Source: Candidatus Thorarchaeota archaeon (lineage in GTDB: Archaea; Asgardarchaeota; Thorarchaeia; Thorarchaeales; Thorarchaeaceae). From it: a DNA stretch of 32,437 nucleotides. The stretch covers positions 1-32,437 of the forward strand of contig JBHLRQ010000028.1 in the NCBI GenBank assembly GCA_048882385.1. Direction: 5' to 3'. Within the stretch, counting starts at the first letter, position 1, and each line of letters begins with the position of its first letter. The notes beneath the pieces were generated by a model. It was not told where the DNA came from, made no database searches, and worked only from the letters and a program-made list of their open reading frames with translations. Both the position numbers and the translations under genes were made by a program. Of the stretch, positions 27,219-32,437 are shown piece by piece.

Positions 27219-27325
27219 TACCACATATTTGAACCTTTTGTGGTAATTCCTTATTACATTCTTGGGAAAGTTTATATATAAATTTAGTGAATGTTTACCT
27301 AGATTTGGTAAACAAAATTGTTTAC
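27219..27325. promoter_or_regulatory. Divergent promoter with palindromic TATA box and inverted-repeat operator candidates
   Basis: TACCACA-N13-TGTGGTA (27219-27245); TTTATATATAAA (27271-27282); TGTTTACC-N7-GGTAAACA (27292-27314); GTAAACAA-N2-TTGTTTAC (27308-27325). Confidence 0.75.
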
Positions 27326-27339
27326 TTCAGGTGAAAAAA

Positions 27340-28110
27340 ATGGGAAATAACGGGATTGTTATTCGAACAAGCGGCCTGAACAAGAGATTCGATACTGTTC
27401 ACGCCGTTAGAGATCTGAACCTAGAAGTTCGGTCTGGCAGTAGGTTTGGTTTCCTGGGTCCTAATGGAGCTGGAAAGACGACCACAGTCCGGATTCTATC
27501 TGGACTCTTGAAACAGACAAGTGGCAACGCCGCTGTATGTGGCTATGATGTCAGTACACAGCGTGATGAGATCAAAGCTGTGACTGGTCTGCTTCCTGAG
27601 TCTCCTGGACTGTACTCAAAGCTGTCTGCAGTAGAATTTTTGGAGTTCATAGGAGCATTAAATGGAAGAAATGGTGAGAGTCTGAACAGACGCATTGACA
27701 TAATGCTAGGAATGCTCGGGCTAGAGGGTCGTCAGAACGACCTCTTAGAATCATATTCTTCTGGAATGAAACAGAAGGTGCTTGTAGCATCAACACTGTT
27801 GAGCGAACCCAAACTTGTCTTCCTAGACGAGCCAACTTCACGACTTGATCCAGCAGCAAGTGCTCTGGTGAAAGATCTCATTCTTATACTGGCTGAAGAA
27901 ACTGAAACAAGCTTCTTCATTTGCAGCCACCAGACATCATTCGTTGAAGATGTGTGTGACGTGGTAGGTATCTTGAATGAAGGCGCACTTGTTACTTATG
28001 GTTCTCCCCAGGAGATCATCGAAACAACTGGTGCGAAAGACCTAGAGGATGCATATCTAAAGGTCGTGGGTGGTCACGTGGACAGACAGACTCTGTTGGC
28101 TTGGAGGTAG
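27340..28110 (+). CDS. ABC transporter ATP-binding protein (ABC-2/drug-resistance type)
   Basis: GPNGAGKTT, YSSGMKQK, VFLDEP, CSH. Probable ATG at 27340 after AGGTGA. Confidence 0.95.
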   Translation: MGNNGIVIRTSGLNKRFDTVHAVRDLNLEVRSGSRFGFLGPNGAGKTTTVRILSGLLKQTSGNAAVCGYDVSTQRDEIKAVTGLLPESPGLYSKLSAVEFLEFIGALNGRNGESLNRRIDIMLGMLGLEGRQNDLLESYSSGMKQKVLVASTLLSEPKLVFLDEPTSRLDPAASALVKDLILILAEETETSFFICSHQTSFVEDVCDVVGILNEGALVTYGSPQEIIETTGAKDLEDAYLKVVGGHVDRQTLLAWR

Positions 28111-28115
28111 TGCTG

Positions 28116-29795
28116 ATGGTACGAACCTGGTTAGCGATTGCAAAGGCTGAGTTCCAGGTGTTGTCCTCAGGTTTGAGGGGTAATCGTAGGCTCTACGTGG
28201 GTATACTATATGTACTTGCTCTGGTATGGGCGACAATCATAACCCCTATGATGTACAATGCTATTCTCAGCGCACTATTCCCAATGGAATACTTACGACC
28301 CATGCTAATAGTGATGTTTCCAGGAATAATGCGGACGATTGGACTTTTCCTCTGGCTCCTCCTACTCCTGTTCCCGCTATCTTATGCGCTACAGGAGATC
28401 AAGATTGGGCAGTGGGAGATATTCCTTTCAAACAACGTCAGAACAAAGGACATCATGGCTGGTACATTCATAGGAAAGCTTGGTCTCTACGGACTGATTA
28501 TTGTCTTCCTTGCACCTTTGGTGATTACTCCGTTCATGCTGGCATTCGAAGTCAGCATCATTGGTCAACTGTTGGTCTACGGTGCAATGACAATGCTGGC
28601 AATGGGAAGTATCTGGCTTTCAAACTTCGTCACAAGTGTGGTTCAATCCAGACTTGGTGACTCATCACGAGGGAACGACATCGCAAAGGCACTAGCAATG
28701 GTAGTTGCCATAGTAGTAATCATTCCAATGTACGGACTGATGTTCTTCCTACCAACATTGTCTGAGATGATGGGAATGAACGCGTTCCTACTCCTCCCAT
28801 CAACTTGGTTCTCAGACCTAATCAGCTGGTTGGCAATATCATTCAACGGTATTGGTCTAACTAGCTCTCAGATACTAGGCTTCTCAAGTGTACTACAGGT
28901 TGACATGGTATGGACTTCACTCCTAGCAATAGGATTCACCCTAGGTACAGTTGGTCTTGCATTAGGTACAGCTGACAGGGTTTTCACCATTGAGGCTGGA
29001 GTCCGAACAGAAGTTGTGACAACAGTAGGCAGAGAAAACATCTTCCTCCGAGGAGTCAGGAGAGTCAACTCAGGACCCTTTGGATCACTGATGGTCACCA
29101 ACTTCAAGGACTTCCTACGCAAGGCACAGAATCTGTCAAAGATTGGATACGGGTTGGTCTTGGCAATAATCATGCCAGTCATCATGATGGCTATGGACAT
29201 CGAGTACTTGCAGTTTCGTGAATTGTTCATGATGCTGGTAATCATGATGTCATTGATTGGTGCTATGCCATTCGCTGGAACTGGATTCCTAGAGAGCAAA
29301 GACCAGCTCTGGATTATTCAAGGCGCTCCACATGGAGCATCGAGATATGTCAAGAGCAGGATTGCGTCACAGGCATTTATTGGCATACCACTGGCTGCTA
29401 TACCATCTGCGGTCATCTACTTCATGATTGAGATGACCTTCGCAGAATTACTAATCCTTCTAGGACTCGGATATGTTGCTGTTATCGGTGGAATGCTGAT
29501 GGCCACAGGTGTAACTGCACGCAACCCAAACTATGAGGATACGAAGTCACCCGCCCATCAGGCGAACATGATGACTTCAGTCCTGCTTGCTGAATTCTCA
29601 ATCATGGGTGTTCTTTTTGCAGACATATTTCTCACCATCGGTACTGGCATTGATTTCTTTGGATTCATGGCGAACATCTTTGGTCCAGGAAATATGATGG
29701 TTGGAGTTTCAGTTCTTGGACTAATTGTACAATGGACCATAGCTATCCTCCTAGTCTGGTCTGGAATAAGATACCTCTCTAGGCCAGAAACCTAG
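28116..29795 (+). CDS. ABC exporter permease (two fused ABC-2-like halves, about 12-13 TM)
   Basis: WLAIAKAEF and LMVTNFKDFLR helices open each half; coupled to the ATPase; GGAGGT before ATG 28116. Confidence 0.85.
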   Translation: MVRTWLAIAKAEFQVLSSGLRGNRRLYVGILYVLALVWATIITPMMYNAILSALFPMEYLRPMLIVMFPGIMRTIGLFLWLLLLLFPLSYALQEIKIGQWEIFLSNNVRTKDIMAGTFIGKLGLYGLIIVFLAPLVITPFMLAFEVSIIGQLLVYGAMTMLAMGSIWLSNFVTSVVQSRLGDSSRGNDIAKALAMVVAIVVIIPMYGLMFFLPTLSEMMGMNAFLLLPSTWFSDLISWLAISFNGIGLTSSQILGFSSVLQVDMVWTSLLAIGFTLGTVGLALGTADRVFTIEAGVRTEVVTTVGRENIFLRGVRRVNSGPFGSLMVTNFKDFLRKAQNLSKIGYGLVLAIIMPVIMMAMDIEYLQFRELFMMLVIMMSLIGAMPFAGTGFLESKDQLWIIQGAPHGASRYVKSRIASQAFIGIPLAAIPSAVIYFMIEMTFAELLILLGLGYVAVIGGMLMATGVTARNPNYEDTKSPAHQANMMTSVLLAEFSIMGVLFADIFLTIGTGIDFFGFMANIFGPGNMMVGVSVLGLIVQWTIAILLVWSGIRYLSRPET

Positions 29796-29854
29796 AGAGA
29801 GTGGCAAAGGTGGAGTTCTTTGGTGTTGGTAACTCCACCTTGCCACAACTTTTC
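29775..29854 (+). terminator. Tandem hairpins (terminator, attenuator or stabiliser candidate)
   Basis: CTCTCTAGG/CCTAGAGAG (29775-29799); GTGGCAAAGGTGGAGTT/AACTCCACCTTGCCAC (29801-29846), then ACTTTT. Confidence 0.6.
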
Positions 29855-29871
29855 TCACAGGAGGTAATGAA

Positions 29872-31362
29872 GTGAAACACGTTTGGAATAAGATTGGATT
29901 ATTCATTGTTTTGATAATATTTCTCAGTACTGGTATCCCAAAAACATCGACACAGGACACTGCCATCATCATTATGAAAAATGACTATGGTCTGACTGCC
30001 AACTCTGGAGAAGTGACAAACGTTCCATATGTCTGGCAGGAGCTGAATGGTTTCTGCTATTGGGCAACTCTTTCGATGGCACTACAGAGTATTGGAGCTC
30101 AACTAGATCTGGCAAAAGTATTAGCCGCATCAGGTGTAGGATTCTCAGCTGGCTACATTCGATATGAAGACACCTGGGGTTTTCTCTCTGGATCTTCTTA
30201 TAGACAACAAAGTGCTCTTGCCACTTTTGCAGACTTATATGGTTTTGATGTGGAGTTCTATATGGACCCTGATAGTACTGACTTGGGTTCCCCTTTTTCA
30301 ATGATTATGGATTTGTATAATATCAGCTGGATTGAGATTGATGGATGGGAGGACGCAATTCTGATTCTAAAGAATAGTATAGATGACGGTTTCCCGGCTG
30401 AGGTCTATGTAAATTTACAGAATCTCCCTGCATCTGACTATGATATTATCAGAAACCTAGGTATAACCGAAACCGATCCTACCCACTCGATTTTGGTTAC
30501 TGGTTACAATGAAACCTCGCAAACTGCTCATATCATGGACCCTGCAATTGGTCTATTTGATGACCCAGCATCTTTCCCTGATGATGGAAGTTGGTCTTAC
30601 GATATCAATTTCACATCACTGAATCAGGCTTGGCTTGGACTTTATGGCACCACAATTATCAAACCAGGATCAGGCATACCTGAAGATTTCACTAGTAATC
30701 TGGCAAACTACATCATAGACAGATTGCGTGGTGATAGAAACTCCTATGCACCTGACTCTGAAGAAGTTTTTTTCTGGAATTTTGGATCGAATGCATTCAG
30801 AGCTATGGCGGCTGATCTCACTCCTACAGGTTTTTCCTCATTCATGGATGAATATGATGAGTACAATTTACATACAAAATCGATTATCTTGCAGGATTTA
30901 GGTCTCCAGATTGAAGGAAGCTTGACTCGCCAGTACGAGTCTTATCGGGCCGCACTCGAAGTTCTCTCAAGTGTACTACCAGATCTCGAAGTCCAAGATT
31001 TTGTTACCGAGGCCAGCTCAGCTCTTGTACACTTTGAGTTGTTCTCTGACAATTCAACAGTCAACACTCCTTTCTATACAGGAGGCATAAAGCTAGTGAC
31101 AAAGACTTTCGAGTATATTGCCTATCAATATGAACATGTGCTAGATGGGGATTTATCAGCAGCAGCATCTGCATGTGAAGAAGATTTGGGAGAGATTCGA
31201 ACTCATCTCATTGCAATCGCAAATGCTTGGGATGCTGCAGCAGATGCACTTGAAAGGTCATTACGGGGACCTGAAACATTCCTTGTTATCCTACTTTCTA
31301 CGAGTGTAGTTGGTATGGTGGTATTGGTCATCTTTTTAGTACGACGAAGATTAAGCATGTGA
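29872..31362 (+). CDS. Exported, C-terminally anchored C39-like/BtrH-like papain-fold cysteine peptidase
   Basis: Signal peptide; VPYVWQ...FCYWATLSM (Gln, Cys), THSILVTGY (His), IMDP (Asp); C-terminal TM plus RRR; AGGAGGT SD. Confidence 0.82.
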   Translation: MKHVWNKIGLFIVLIIFLSTGIPKTSTQDTAIIIMKNDYGLTANSGEVTNVPYVWQELNGFCYWATLSMALQSIGAQLDLAKVLAASGVGFSAGYIRYEDTWGFLSGSSYRQQSALATFADLYGFDVEFYMDPDSTDLGSPFSMIMDLYNISWIEIDGWEDAILILKNSIDDGFPAEVYVNLQNLPASDYDIIRNLGITETDPTHSILVTGYNETSQTAHIMDPAIGLFDDPASFPDDGSWSYDINFTSLNQAWLGLYGTTIIKPGSGIPEDFTSNLANYIIDRLRGDRNSYAPDSEEVFFWNFGSNAFRAMAADLTPTGFSSFMDEYDEYNLHTKSIILQDLGLQIEGSLTRQYESYRAALEVLSSVLPDLEVQDFVTEASSALVHFELFSDNSTVNTPFYTGGIKLVTKTFEYIAYQYEHVLDGDLSAAASACEEDLGEIRTHLIAIANAWDAAADALERSLRGPETFLVILLSTSVVGMVVLVIFLVRRRLSM

Positions 31363-31364
31363 TC

Positions 31365-32126
31365 TCATCTCCGGGAGTAGATGACCATATTTCGGTCATC
31401 ACTCCCAACAAAGAGTGACTCTGAATAGTTAGAATAGAATTTGGTTTCTTGAAAACCCGCCTGTGCAAGGTAGCGAACCATAACCTCCGATGTTAGGTTT
31501 AACACCTTCTGTGTTGAAACTCTAGATTTCCACTCACCTTGTTCCTTCATCTGAGATGTCATTACCAGAGTTGACGAGGATGGCGGGTCTGTGTGATCAT
31601 AGAATCTTGAAAATACTACTTCCTCACCATTCTCCATTCTTCCAACCTTTTGTGGAAAGAATCTGAAACCCGATCTATGAATTTCCTCGAAATTAAGTGC
31701 CTGCGCAATGAACAATCCATCATCGGTTAGTGAGTTATAAATTAATGAAATGAGCTTTTCAAGTGTCTTGAAGTTCTCTAAGAGTGCCAGAGAATTACCA
31801 AGACAGAGTATCAAATTATACTGATTTGATACCAGAGACTGGAAGTCTGTCATTTCTCCTAAGATAAATACAGGTGTAACATTGTGTGACGCTGCATTTT
31901 CTTTTGCTCTAGAAATCATTGTTTCACTAATATCAATTCCAACAACATCCGCTCCTTCAAGCGCAAGGGCTACAGAGTGTCGTCCTGTTCCACATGCCAA
32001 ATCTAAGACTCGTTTTCCTTTAGGGGTTCCAAGGCGAGAAACAATGAATGGCATCTCTCTTGAGAGTCGTGCCTCCCAGTCAATTGCATCATCATACGCC
32101 AAGGCAATTATATTGAATGAACTCAT
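31365..32126 (-). CDS. Class I SAM-dependent methyltransferase
   Basis: RVLDLACGTGRH, VGIDIS..MI, ILCLGNSL. Confidence 0.92.
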   Translation of the reverse strand: MSSFNIIALAYDDAIDWEARLSREMPFIVSRLGTPKGKRVLDLACGTGRHSVALALEGADVVGIDISETMISRAKENAASHNVTPVFILGEMTDFQSLVSNQYNLILCLGNSLALLENFKTLEKLISLIYNSLTDDGLFIAQALNFEEIHRSGFRFFPQKVGRMENGEEVVFSRFYDHTDPPSSSTLVMTSQMKEQGEWKSRVSTQKVLNLTSEVMVRYLAQAGFQETKFYSNYSESLFVGSDDRNMVIYSRR

Positions 32127-32240
32127 TTCAAACTTTCAACCACTGAATCAAAATCACTTCAATATTGCCATAAATGACACTCTTGAGGGTAACATAACCC
32201 TATAAGCTTACACACCAACTTACATACAGGTGAAAGAGGA

Positions 32241-32437
32241 ATGCTTGGATTATTCGTGATTGCAATAGCACTTTTGGGTCCGCTCATTATCCTCGCTTTT
32301 CATGCAAATCGTAGAGGTGGGAGAGAGTCACTGCAACAAAGACAACATACGATGCTTTACGCTCCTGGTGATGCTGATATTGCTGCTGAAGCTTATCACC
32401 CTGCTCGAAAGGATGGTGCAATGCCATTTCCTCTAGG
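32241..32437 (+). CDS. Small membrane protein, truncated by the window end (not in ORF track)
   Basis: MLGLFVIAIALLGPLIILAFHANRRGG...KDGAMPFPL stays open to the end; AGGTGA..GAGGA upstream. Confidence 0.6.
   Translation, partial: MLGLFVIAIALLGPLIILAFHANRRGGRESLQQRQHTMLYAPGDADIAAEAYHPARKDGAMPFPL

Noticed and set aside
29793-29871. Pyrrolysine/UAG read-through fusing permease and protease
   Set aside because: The read-through frame hits TAA before the protease start and is not in the protease frame.

Overview
Archaeal chromosomal window, most likely Asgard (Thorarchaeia-like). This is inferred from an archaeal-type 23S rRNA 3' end with a branched H98/ES39 expansion, GGTGA/GGAGG ribosome-binding sites, TATA-type promoters and many small orphan membrane genes; I could not check it by search. 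Layout: (1) 23S rRNA 3' end with no linked 5S, then orphan membrane/surface genes separated by degenerate copies of the 23S 3' trailer (1-2.7 kb). (2) Mixed accessory and isoprenoid genes: UbiA-family, BPL_N-like, B12 radical SAM, flavin reductase, VOC, polyprenyl synthase, SnoaL, UbiE/MenG, Gfo/Idh/MocA, NIPSNAP (2.9-15.3 kb). (3) A five-enzyme reductive pyrimidine degradation cluster with no PreT subunit in the window (15.4-23.2 kb). (4) The best candidate for an undescribed system (23.2-31.4 kb): an HTH/Cys-motif regulator heads an operon of four paralogous 2-TM + bacterial-PH-domain proteins with MscL-like C-terminal helices, interleaved with unannotated membrane microproteins, and divergent across a palindrome-rich promoter from an ABC exporter and a surface-anchored C39-like cysteine protease.
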